Source: Phoronis australis
Taxonomy: Eukaryota; Animalia; Phoronida
NCBI GenBank assembly: GCA_002633005.1
Contig: NMRA01000495.1
Coordinates: 283,411 to 324,567 of the forward strand
DNA length: 41,157 bases
Direction of reading: 5' to 3'
This document shows positions 1 to 11,327 of the stretch, in pieces. The translations under genes were made by a program, and so were the position numbers. Every line of letters begins with the position of its first letter. The first letter of the stretch is position 1. Under the pieces are notes generated by a model. The model was not told the origin of the DNA and ran no database searches. It was given only the letters and a program-made list of their open reading frames with translations.

Positions 1-458
1 CCCCCTATGATGCGCCGCTCATGTATATGTAGTTAAATGTCTGATTTTTGAACATCGACGGAGGACTGCCTATGGTGAACTTAATTATCATCGGCGTGTA
101 CTTAATTTAAAGGAATGGAAACGCACACACGTGTACACGAATGTATGTCATCCACCAATCCACAACCAAAATGGAAATTTGAAAATGTGTGCACTTTACC
201 GTACTCTGCCACTATCAAAATAGCAGATAACAAACCTATCATCTGCTATTTTTGTTTCTAAGACATTCACACGGCACTACTTTTTGGGAGCTCTCTCGCT
301 GCTTTATAGCTTAGCTAGGTATAGACATTTACGTCCAGCAACCACGCGCGTTCAATGCCCATGAATAACATAAAGCCTCCTCTAATCGTCTGCACGATCC
401 TATCATCAAGCACCTTTCGGGCGAAGTTTGCCGGGTACGGCCCGATGATTACGTGAAG

Positions 459-716
459 CATGCGCGCACCCAGCCTTTAATATGGGTGGCTCGAATTTCT
501 GACGATGTGGACCTTTTGTTGACAAAAAAGCGAAAGGACTTAAAAAAACGGGGTACCACGTTCAGAACTGTGAACTGTGCGTATGCACCATTTTATTGTA
601 CTTTTGTCTAGTTTTCTCGGACTTTTTGTTTCTCTGATGTGGACCTTTTTTCCCACTTCGCCAAATGGGGGGGGGGGCTCATGCGAGCCCTCCGAGCCGC
701 CCTAGGTGCGCGCACG
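459..716 (+). mobile_element. MITE with CA..CG/TG termini and 5-bp target duplication
   Basis: TIR catgcgcgcacccag ... ctaggtgcgcgcacg, flanked by tgaag at 454-458 and 717-721. A homologous inverted copy lies at 36682-36937. Confidence 0.7.
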
Positions 717-1293
717 TGAAGTAAATTCAAATCTATTACTGACGTAATTGTCACTGTAGTTAGTAGTACCAGTAGCTGCAACAATTTAGTTGTTGTTACC
801 CATCTATATCTCATCTTTAACCGATAGGCCGATCGAACCCCCCGAACCCCCCTGGCTACGGACCTGAAGATATTATGAAAATTAAAAATATGGAATGATC
901 TTTTTGAGAAATAAAGTAGACCAGGTTTCCAGAAAGGTTTCCCATTTAGACACAAAGGGTAAGGTGGTAACTAAGTCGTATTTCAACGTTATGGCAGTCA
1001 CGTTATGGGCTTATGACACATTCGTGGTTTGTAAATTTTTTATTTCAGTTGGTGTAATCTGCTATTGACTCTTTTTATATTAACATAAATCGTATTATTT
1101 CACATACTTAGATAAACAAAATCACATTGCTTACATCTACTGGTAACTAAGAAATCATCTTTGCCCAAAAGGAAAATACAGCAAAGCGCATGATTATTAA
1201 TTTTCACTAGCTGTCCTTAAATTTAATCTTAATTCAGCCTTCCAAAACTTTCACCCATTACTTTAGTTACTTTTACGAGATGCCGTCACTCAC

Positions 1294-1435
1294 CTTTCTT
1301 GAGTTCTAGTGTTGTTGGTCTGCTGGTTCCTACAGAATTGGAAAGTTGTATACCATATGTTCCAAATAGTTCGGTACCACCCTTGTGCACTTCTGCTATG
1401 ACAAGACTTGCTAAAAACTTGTTATCTTCTAAAAA
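1294..1435 (-). CDS. Ig gene exon F: second half of Ig domain 3
   Basis: Acceptor tgtttcttttcag and donor AAG|gtgagt; 142 nt, phase 0 to 1. FLEDNKFLASLVIAEVHKGGTELFGTYGIQLSNSVGTSRPTTLELKK, with E-strand SLVI and F-G strand FGTY...SNSVG. The gene continues leftwards. Confidence 0.85.
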
Positions 1436-2196
1436 CTGAAAAGAAACAAATTAGTGTCAGGTCAAAATACATGTGTTGAATTACTCGCTGCGACATCACC
1501 TTGTTGCATTCAGTACACAAAATTAGTTTCTAAGTGAACTCCTGTTTGCCGCTTTAACGTTTTCAGATTCACTGAGGGTATATATGAACTCAAGGTACGT
1601 GTACTTGATTTTGTGCTCAAAAATACATCAAGATTTAATTATGAACACGACTTTGAACTAGAAATATACGAAATCTCAACCATGTATTCTACAAGACATC
1701 CCTCAGAAACAAAGCAAGTTTTACATACAATTTCCACTTTTCAACAATAACATTTCACAGTCTCTTCTGGTTCCAGTCCTAACGACTTAACATACAAGGA
1801 ACATTCTGAGTTTTTAAGTCTAGGTATAGCAAGCTGATCTCGCGTAGGCGCTGAACAAAGGGCTCGTTCAGTGAAGGTAGTTTCTTGCCAGATTAGCCAT
1901 CCCTGTATACAAGTCTTACAAGATGCCGCCATGTATTTCAAGCAGAACACGTGATTTCACCAACTTTCACTGTCGAGCAATTATTGTTCCCGAAAGTGTG
2001 CATGGTCTTTCTGTTCATAATATTAGAACTCAGTTACTGAACACTAAGATGTTGTAACAGAATAGGCCGTGACCACCAGTGGAAAAATTGGAGACATAAA
2101 AAATTGATCCCATGAATCATGTAAAGAATGAGGGGTTAAAAAAACACACCATTCTTTTCAAGAAAAGTTCGCTATGAGACATGTATCCTTGGGATA

Positions 2197-2367
2197 AACC
2201 TTATTCACGCAGTCGCCATGTTGCAAAGAGCGTCCTTCTCGGTTTTAAAAATAATGCTTTCGCCGCTTAGTCATAGTGTAAAATAATACTTATGTCTCAA
2301 ATGCATTGTTTTTAAGCCTGAAAAGAGGCTCGTTTTCAAAATGGTGGCTGCGTGAATACGTTCTATA
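2197..2367. mobile_element. Foldback MITE (ISL2EU/Harbinger-type termini); a partly deleted copy lies at about 5075-5235
   Basis: Arms ccttattcacgcagtcgccatgttg ... caaaatggtggctgcgtgaatacgtt are imperfect inverted repeats. The end resembles the gtgaatagggtctat terminus at about 27615-27629. Confidence 0.55.
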
Positions 2368-2374
2368 GAGTTAA

Positions 2375-3790
2375 AGGAGAATGCCACCAGATATATCTCG
2401 TTATTTATCGTGTTAATCGGTCTATATCCACATCACCTCGTATAAGTAGATCTCACCTCGCCAAGCGGTATCGCTTTAACCTGTGAGGAAGGTGAGTACA
2501 CGTGACTGTTGTGAAACAATAACTCGATTTTATATGTTTGTGCGTGAGCCTTTCGCTTAGTAAGATGTGTAACGCCACCTTACACCCCGACATTATCCCG
2601 TAATTATCACGGAGTGACTATAAACAGATTATTTCTCTGGTACACGCATTCCGCCAGGATGTCGCCGTGGGTGCGACGAATCTCCATTCATTGCCAACTG
2701 AACGCAGGGACCATGTACTTTAATATTGGTTCATTAGACCCTGATGTCTTTGTGAAAAAACGTTTGGTGTTACACTGAGTAAGTAGTCCCCAACGAGACC
2801 GCGCTACTGACTTTGACGACACTAGGCTATCGTGGCACAGTAACTTGTAGGATATTACATGCAAGTGAAAGTGTCGAGATGTGTCGTACTATTTGATCAA
2901 TGTGGCCTCTAATAGATGTAATTTTGAAATTCTGTGATTTGAAATATGCACCTATCACCATAAGGTTAGTTTCCTGTGGCAACGGACTGTACGTGTCGGG
3001 TCACAACGATAATGTCATTTGGGTCGTTTAGTAAGAGCGACACCTAAGGTTTTTTCAGCGCAAAATAGTAAAAAATTAACTAATGTCAAGAGTAAACGAA
3101 GAGATGACATGTTTGTGTTGATCAATGATACATATATATATAACATGTTCAAAAGTCATTTGGCCGTTATATGGCGTATTTAAGGAATCTTTATTCGAAT
3201 CATTGTTATTGTACACGTCTATGCGCTGTTCAGTTCGGTGAAAGGGGAGCCTGGCTTCGCGGCCACCGATGGGTATGTAGATTTGCAATTTTGCGACGCT
3301 TTCGTCAAAATGTTCACGTGCACATTATTTCTTTGCTTCACTAGTCTAATGTTTTCGTGTCCGAAAATTCAATTTGCAACTTTGGAAGCCGACTAACCCA
3401 GCTGGTTTATGTTGGTGATGTCTCCAGTCCGACCGCCGGCGACGGGTTAAGAGCCACTGAGTTACAACGAGCGTTTTGTATGTTTAGAACAGAAAAAAAT
3501 CGTAAGCCTAAAATTACAACACACGTCTATACATTCCTGTCTATATTTCACGAAAGAATAGTTCTAATTTATCATCGAACAGATCCAAACTTCCCGCGAC
3601 AGACCTCAGTAAGTTGACTTACCGAATTTTGCGGGCTACGCTACAAATGTACATGTACGTTCAAAACTTCTGTAAATCCATAACGGTGAAAAAAAAACTC
3701 GCTTGTTTAAAAATTCAAAGTTTTTGTAAGGGATTTGCATCGAATTTTGATGATTCATTGGTGTAAAGCGGTGCAGTTTCAGTTTGTGCG
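2375..3790 (+). mobile_element. Non-autonomous Kolobok-type element, family K1 (duplicate copy starts at 5242)
   Basis: Begins TTAA|aggagaatgccacc. The first ~120 bp and 3390-3690 are homologous, in inverted orientation, to the 11328-12711 element. The right end was not found. Confidence 0.6.
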
Positions 3791-4166
3791 TGCGTGGGGG
3801 GCTCAGTCCATATTACTAGCGGCAATATGGCGTCAAGTTGTCAGCTGTAGTAGAGCGTGCGCCCGGGCTATAGTATTAAAGGCGAATGCAACTTTTTTCA
3901 TGTCATTTTGAGCTAAAACAAGGTTGGTTGGTTATCCTAGACATATTTTCCACTTAATTACAGCTTTTCGTAATTTTAAAAATTACTCGTCCGCTACTCC
4001 GGAAGTGACGTTTTAGGAGGCAAGCGTTTCCCGACACTTGGTTTTGCGTTGACTTTACCGTGCGAATCTGTTCTATTCTACTTTTGTTTTGTGCTGTTTT
4101 TCAACAATTTTCGCCACCACTTTCCATCGGCGAGTATTCTGCGGCAAGATAGGTTAGTAGAGAACN

Positions 4167-4272
4167 CTACAGAATTGGAAAGTTGTATACCATATGTTCC
4201 AAATAGTTCGGCACCACCCTTGTGCACTTCTGCTACGACAAGACTAGCTAAAAACTTGTTATCTTCTAAAAA
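4167..4272 (-). other. Partial second copy of Ig exon F (allelic or duplicated), cut at the N at 4166
   Basis: Same acceptor as exon F; encodes FLEDNKFLASLVVAEVHKGGAELFGTYGIQLSNSV (I>V and T>A versus 1294-1435). The donor end is missing. Confidence 0.8.
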
Positions 4273-6724
4273 CTGAAAAGAAACTAATTAGTGTCAGGAC
4301 AAAATACATGTGTTGAATTACTCGCTGCGACATCACCTTGTTGCATTCAGTACACAGAAGAAGGTGACAAATTTCTAAGTGAACTCCTGTTTGCCGCTTT
4401 AACGTTTTCAGATTCACTGAAGGTATATATGAACTCAAGGTACGTGTACTTGATTTTGTGCTCAAAAATACATCAAGATTTAATTATGAACACGACTTTG
4501 AACACGAAATATACGAAATCTCAACCATGTATTCTACAAGACATACCTCAGAAACAAAGCAAGTTTTATAGACAATTTCCACTTTCCAACAATAAGATTT
4601 CACAGTTTCTTCTGGTTCCAGTCCCAACGGCTTAACATACAGGGGAATATTCTGAGTTTTTTAGTCTACGTATAGCAAGCTGATCTCGCGTAGGCGCTGA
4701 ACAAAGGGCTCGTTTAGTGAAGGTAATTTCTTGCCAGTTTAGTCATACCTGTGAACAAGTCTTACTAGATGCCGCCATGTATTTCAAGCAGAACACGTGA
4801 TCTCACTAACTTTCACTGTCGAGCAATTATTGTTCCCGAAGGTGTGCATGGTCTTTCTGTTCATAATATTGGAACTCAGCTTTAATTCATTTTAAGTTCA
4901 ACTTGTGTGTCGAGTTACTGTACCCTAAGATGGTGTAACATAATAGGCCGTGACCACCAGTGGAAAAATTGGAGACACAAAAAATTGATCCCATGAATCA
5001 TGTAAAGAATGCGGGGTTAAAAAACACACCCTTCTTTTCAAGAAAAGTTCGCTATGAGACATGTATCCTTCGGTAACACGCAGTCGCCATGTTGCAAAGA
5101 GCGTCCTTCTCGGTTTTAAATATAATGCATTCGTCGCTTAGTCATAGTGTAAATACTTATGTCTCAAATGCATTGTTTTTAAGCCTGAAAAGAGGCTCGT
5201 TTTCAAAATGGTGGCTGCGTGAAAAAGTTCTATAGAGTTAAAGGAGAATGCCACCAGATTTATCTCGTTATTTATCGTGTTAATCGGTCTATATCCACAT
5301 CACCTCGTATACGTAGATCTCACCTCGCCAAGCGGTATCGCTTTAACCTGTGAGGAAGGTGAGTACACTCGATTTTATATGTTTGTGCGTGAGCTTTTCG
5401 CTTAGTAAGATATGTAACGCCACCTTACACCCCGACACTATCCCGTAATTATCACGGAGTGACTATAAACAGATTATTTCTCTGGTACACGCATTCCGCC
5501 AGGATGTCGCCGTGGGTGCAACGAATCTCCATTCATTGCCAACTGAACGCAGGGACCATGTACTTTAATATTGGTTCACTAGACCCTGATGTCTTTGTGA
5601 AAAAACGTTTGGTGTTACACTGAGTAAGTAGTCCCCAACGAGACCGCGCTACTGACTTTGACGACACTAGGCTATCGTGGCACAGTAACTTGTAGGATAT
5701 TACATGCAAGTGAAAGTGTCGAGATATGTGTCATACTATTTGATCAATGTAGTCTCTAATAGATGTAATTTTGAAATTCTGTGATTTGAAATATGCACCT
5801 ATCACCATAAGGTTAGTTTCCTGTGGCAACGGACTGTACGTCTCGGGTCACAACAATGATGTCATTTGGGTCGTTTAGTACGATCGCCACCTAAGGTTTT
5901 TTTCAGCGCAAAATAGTAAAAAATTAACTAATGTCAGGAGGAAACGAAGAGATGACATATTTGTGTTGATCAATGATACATATATTTAACATGTTCAAAA
6001 GTCATTTGGCCGTTATATGGCGTCTTTAAGAAATCTTTATTCGAATCATTGTTATTGTACACGTTATGCACTGTTCAGTTCGGTGAAAGGGGAGCCTGGC
6101 TTCGCAGCCACCGACGGGTATGTAGATTTGCAATTTTGCGACGCTTTCATCAAAATATTCACGTGCACATTATTTTTTTGCTTCAATAGTCTAATCTTTT
6201 CGTGTCCGGAAATTCAATTTGCAACTTTGGAAGCCGACTAACCCAGCTGGTTTATGTTGGTGATGTCTCTAGTCCGACCGCCGGCGACGGGTTAAGAGCC
6301 ACTGAGTTACAACGAGCGTTTTGTATGTTTAGAACAGAAAAAAATCGTAAGCCTAAAATTACAACACACGTCTATACATTCCTGTCTATATTTCACGAAA
6401 GAATAGTTCTAATTTATCATCGAACAGATCCAAACTTCCCGCGACAGACCTCAGTAAGTTGACTTACCGAACTTTGCGGGCTACGCTACAAATGTACATG
6501 TACGTTCAAAACTTCTGTAAATCCATAACGGTGAAAAAAAAACTCGCTTGTTTAAAAATTCAAAGTTTTTGTAAGGGATTTGCATCGAATTTTGATGATT
6601 CATTGGTGTAAAGCGGTGCAGTTTCAGTTTGTGCGTGCGTGGGGGGCTCAGTCCATATTACTAGCGGCAATATGGCGTCAAGTTGTCAGCTGTAGTAGAG
6701 CGTGCGCCCGGGCTATAGTATTAA

Positions 6725-7760
6725 AGGCGAATGCAACTTTTTTCATGTCATTTTGAGCTAAAACAAGGTTGGTTGGTTATCCTAGACATATTTTCCACTT
6801 AATTACAGCTTTTCGTAATTTTAAAAATTACTCGTCCGCTACTCCGGAAGTGACGTTTTAGGAGGCAAGCGTTTCCCGACACTTGGTTTTGCGTTGACTT
6901 TACCGTGCGAATCTGTTCTATTCTACTTTTGTTTTGTGCTGTTTTTCAACAATTTTCGCCACCACTTTCCATCGGCGAGTATTCTGCGGCAAGATAGGTT
7001 AGTAGAGAACACAACTACATTGGATTAAGGGATTGTTTAGTGTGTTGTAAGCTGAAAATGGCTGGACTCGGTGACCCGTATCACAGTGACAGTAGTGTGA
7101 GTAACGGAGACCTTCTTCAGAGCAGTGGTGACGAGGAATTTTTTCACGGACATTCAGTGGGTGGGTACATACTGTGTGCGTTGTTATGCCTACCTCAATA
7201 GAATGCTTGTGCTGTTCAGAGTTCGAGGCCAAGCCACTACTGGACATGGTTAAGTGGACCTCCGGCATACCACGGACAGAGGAACAACTGTGCCGGTCAC
7301 TTGCCAGAGTGTCCCGCGATACACTCCCACTGGATGGTAACCTGAGCACCCAAACTGCTTACATCGTGTCGTGTGACTCCCTCGCCACACACCTGGCACC
7401 TTCTAAATAGCTTCAACACTTTAGACAAGTCCACAATAAACTTATCAAAGTTTGGCTCACCGATCTGTTCACTGGACGACAAACTTCTCTTCACTGGGTG
7501 TCGAACTCCCACTACTCAATATCGCTGCAGGGCTGCTTAGAGGCTCTGGGCTGGAGAAAACAGCACAGGGCGAATCACTACTGGTTCCAGGAATTGCACG
7601 ATCTGGGGTACGTTCGTCCGGAGGCACGGGTGACAGTAGATGAAGTGCCTCCACTGGCTCCAGTCACTGTACTGGCCACAGCTCGCGAGGCTTCTCGCTT
7701 CAAAAACGCACTTCTCGGGGCACTNCAAGAGGCGTGATTTCACGTAACTTCCTCAAAATA
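6725..7760. mobile_element. Internally deleted Kolobok transposon: KolX/P2X7-ballast-like Cys remnant (+) and transposase N-terminal remnants (-)
   Basis: Begins TTAA|aggcgaatgcaac. Plus strand ~7150-7235 reads WVHTVCVVMPTSIECLCCSEF. Minus strand reads PRSAFLKREASR (~7685-7720) and KFIVDLSKVLKLFRRCQVC...GAQVTIQWECIAGHSGK (7297-7450). The right boundary is uncertain and there is an N at 7725. Confidence 0.65.
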
Positions 7761-8941
7761 GCGCCCGGTGAGAGAAACTTGAGGGAACCGCGAGGTTTAC
7801 ATGGACATGGTAAAGTTATTTGTAGACTAAATTGTATCCAGAGTCAAGGTATGTGGTACTTATAACTTCATTATGTTCACATATGCATGTTTCATTTGAT
7901 TTTATTTGCTGAATTTTGAAATGAATAACTTCTTATGAGGATATACAATCGCCCTTGTATGCCTGCGGCATTCAGGCCTGGTCTCCTAGACCGGTCGAGT
8001 TCCAATTTCAGTCCGTTCACAGCTTAGCACAACATAACAAGATCACATTTTCTTCGCCCATTCACAGTTATTCCACGATTCATCTACCATCTGTTAAGTT
8101 GTGTTAACGTTTTAAGGGTAAAATTCACCATAAGAACTCCAGTAAGATTTAGCGTGTGTACCAAAGACTCGGGGCAAAATAAGAACAATATGGCGGGTTT
8201 TGTCCTCCTTCCGGTGACGTCACATTCGACTAACTGGAAACTCTCAAGTGAGCTATTCAATCTTCGCAAGGCTCATTGAACGAAAAGCCCAATGCGAATG
8301 ACTAAGTTGCACAAGCGCGTAGCTGGTCGACTGACCCGTTTAACCACTTGTTCCACATGGGTACTTACGCTGGACTCTTTCAGTGGGCGCAATTTAAACA
8401 ACCTCCAAACACTAGGGTGTTACTAAATATTGACAACGTTTGTCCACGTGATCTCTTGTTTCTGTTACAATTTACAGCGGGGCAAATTCTCGCCTGGACT
8501 CAACACACGATTTTTTGCAAATAGCGTACCCCTTACTTGTAAATGAACGCTCATGGGCCAATATTCGTATCATGAGCCCATGGGCATACTTTTACAGTAA
8601 TGAATATCATTTTTAAGGCTTGTAGCGTTTAAAAATTAACTGTGGCAGCGAGTGATTGTCGAAAATCTTTCACATTCAGTCGTCCGATCAGTCAGTTTTT
8701 TACAACTGATTTACTCATTACATAGTTTCTAGGAATACATCTGTAATTTGACAAACAATCAACGCGGCCTAACTTATGTTATGATCCATTTTCCTTTCTG
8801 CCTCCGTCCGTTACGGGAAGTAGTCCGGACTTACCGTTGGGGTCACAGACTGGTGAAAATCGTAACCCACTTGCTCAATGCCTGAAATGTTTAAAACTAT
8901 ACTATACATTCGTGTACAAAAAGATGAAGTGTTTAAGATAC

Positions 8942-9114
8942 CTCTATGTTACTAGAGTAATGAGAGCTGTTCCTCAGCCGAGATTGCACGCCATCTTTAA
9001 CCATGTACCACACATCATTCGTAACGCGTGGATTAGCCAAGCCTTTACATGTAATTATCACGTTTCTGTCACCAGGTGCCACTACTACGTCATTGCATGT
9101 CACTTGAGGTGGAA
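8942..9114 (-). CDS. Ig gene exon E: first half of Ig domain 3
   Basis: Acceptor aatctttccag and donor GAG|gtatct; 173 nt, phase 1 to 0. FPPQVTCNDVVVAPGDRNVIITCKGLANPRVTNDVWYMVKDG...HYSSNIE, with B-strand ITC, ANP and a C-strand Trp. Not in the ORF track. Confidence 0.87.
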
Positions 9115-10459
9115 CTGGAAAGATTTTATATACACTGTTATTAACAAGTTTTTATCACATTTACCCTGAAACGGCTGCCAAGACCCGGCTACCGAGCTGA
9201 GCAGAAAATGACTGCCATGTCAAAATAAATCCACAATGTTCACACACCGTGACATGAACTTCTCTCCAGGCCGGGTGTGTTTCATGAAAATGACAGAAAT
9301 CTAGTTTTACGCTCCCACTTTAAAATCGCTGGAAAAGGTTTAGGCAAGCAATTATGAGACAATCAAAATCTGAAACACTTATTTTTCAGAAATGGTTGTG
9401 TTGAGCGTAAGATCAAATTTCTGACTGAAGGTGGCACTCGATAGTTTTTGAGCCAACTCCGTTAGAAATTGGCACCTCTTGGAAAAGCTGAGCGCTTTGA
9501 GTTTTGTGCTGCAAGTAAAGGCTCCGATTCTCATTTGCTTGATTTTTGAGTCTGTTTTAAGCAAGATTGTCAGTTGTTGATCCCCTGACTCACTCTTTGC
9601 TCAGTCGTGGCTTTTCTTAAAGCAGTATTGCTTGCAAGTGGGAAGTTGAAATTTAGCAAGGAATTTCGGTATACTTCAAACATTTGGGATTTAAAAAATC
9701 TGGATGGTCGAAACACACTTTTTATCTGATTTCTGCAATTTCTGAATTTTGGAAGTACATGAATGAATGCCTGTCTCTCAGTTCATATCCTAGTAATTGC
9801 ATGTAAACGGTGATTTTGTTGTGAAAACTGCTGATTTGGTATATTTTTGCTCGTTTTTAAGTAAGCAGCTTTACTTCAGGCAGTCGTTCAAGTAGTCCTT
9901 TTATAATTTTGAAATATGTTGTGCGTTTCAAAATTCATCAGGTCGAACAAAATTGCCGTTTAATACATCAAAAATGCATAAATTCCGATGGCAGTTACTG
10001 TCACTGAAGCGCACTTACAGTAAGTAATCATTATCGCGATCTGGCTGTGTCGCTATTACTCGTTAGAACACTGCAAGTTTAGTCGCAGAAGAAACGCCCA
10101 AAATGACGTCACGCCGATGAAGATCAAATCCAGTCGCGTGACTATTTCACCAATGTATAACTGATATTTAAGGGGGAGATTCGTCACACTTTCTTTCTGT
10201 TATTCATTGGAAATGACTTGGCTCATCTAAACATCGAACGAAGCATCGGTCGAAACATTAATTGATTAATAGGAAAATTTGTTAAACGACAATGAGCCAG
10301 CCACCCATAGAAGCTACAAGTCACGAAGATTTCATGTAGAAATTAAGGCCCTGGAAAGATTGTTCTGCGTGAAAAGAGGTGGTAACTTAGCAACAATTTT
10401 TGCATTAGTTTGCTAGACAATCGACACAGAATATGGGTTCTAAATAAATCGAAACTTAC

Positions 10460-10616
10460 AGACAATGTTGAGTGTTACCAAAACAGCTTGCGGTTCATAG
10501 AGCGGAACAGTGGCGATGCATGTCAGCTGTTGTCCACTCTCGTTGGCAAACACGGGAAGAAGTCGGCTTTGAAGTTGAATCTCTGACCGAATTTTTTTCT
10601 CAAATCCATAGGAGGC
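10460..10616 (-). CDS. Ig gene exon D: second half of Ig domain 2
   Basis: Acceptor tcttttggctcag and donor T|gtaagt; 157 nt, phase 0 to 1. ASYGFEKKIRSEIQLQSRLLPVFANESGQQLTCIATVPLYEPQAVLVTLNIV, with F-strand G-x-x-LTC-x-A and G-strand VTLNI. Confidence 0.88.
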
Positions 10617-11327
10617 CTGAGCCAAAAGACATAAATATGCACACCATGACCAAAATGTTAAAGCTAACGTAAAATTAACAAGGTACGCTTAAAACATAAA
10701 TACAGTTGAATCCCTTTTCGTACCGTATATTCAAGCTCATGCAATTATATCCGATATAATAGATCTCGGGCAGAAGCTTGGTGTACATCAATTTGACGTC
10801 TTAAGTTTTTTAATGTTTAATTGCTGATGCATATGCATTTAGAGAGTGCCTGGTGACATCAGTTTGAATCCAGGATGTTTTTTGCCATCGGCGAAATCGG
10901 GTTTATCTCATATCGCCGATACTAGATGAGGCAAGATATGTATGATGCTGTACGTCCGGTCACATGTTTTCAGGCACCAGCAATCCACTGCCACCCTCGC
11001 CAACACTGTATTATGCCTAAGAAAACCAACATAATCGCCCTACGTGACAGTGGATTGCTGTGTAGCAACGATGTGAGACAATTCTATTGCACGGCTATCT
11101 TTATTAGCCAAATACACACCAAGCCAATATAGGTCGTTTGCTTTGTTTCAATAAAGAAAATTTCTATTCTAGAGTTTTGCATGTAGCTAGGTACATACAT
11201 GTATGCCTAGAGTCTTCACGTACAGCGGCAGAAAAGATATCAATGCATCATTACGTACATTTCAAACTGGGCGTTATTCCTGTTTTCTGTACAGGGTTTG
11301 AACGTTTCATTAAATAATTAGTGTTAA

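Larger units (their letters stand above)
1330..7010. repeat. Tandem near-identical duplication of about 2.84 kb (1330-4165 and 4167-7010) joined at one N; probable uncollapsed haplotype
   Basis: Both copies begin ctacagaattggaaag and end gttagtagagaac. They differ by scattered SNPs and small indels, and no differences were seen over the last ~500 bp. Confidence 0.9.

Noticed and set aside
217-252. 12-bp perfect hairpin aaaatagcagat/atctgctatttt resembling an intrinsic terminator
   Set aside because: The context is eukaryotic and the stem is AT-rich; more likely a small MITE relic or chance.
3357-3617. Near-identical 86-aa ORFs at 3357 and 6202 as a duplicated gene
   Set aside because: They lie in the non-coding arm of a Kolobok-type element within the probable haplotype duplication, and they start at non-ATG codons.
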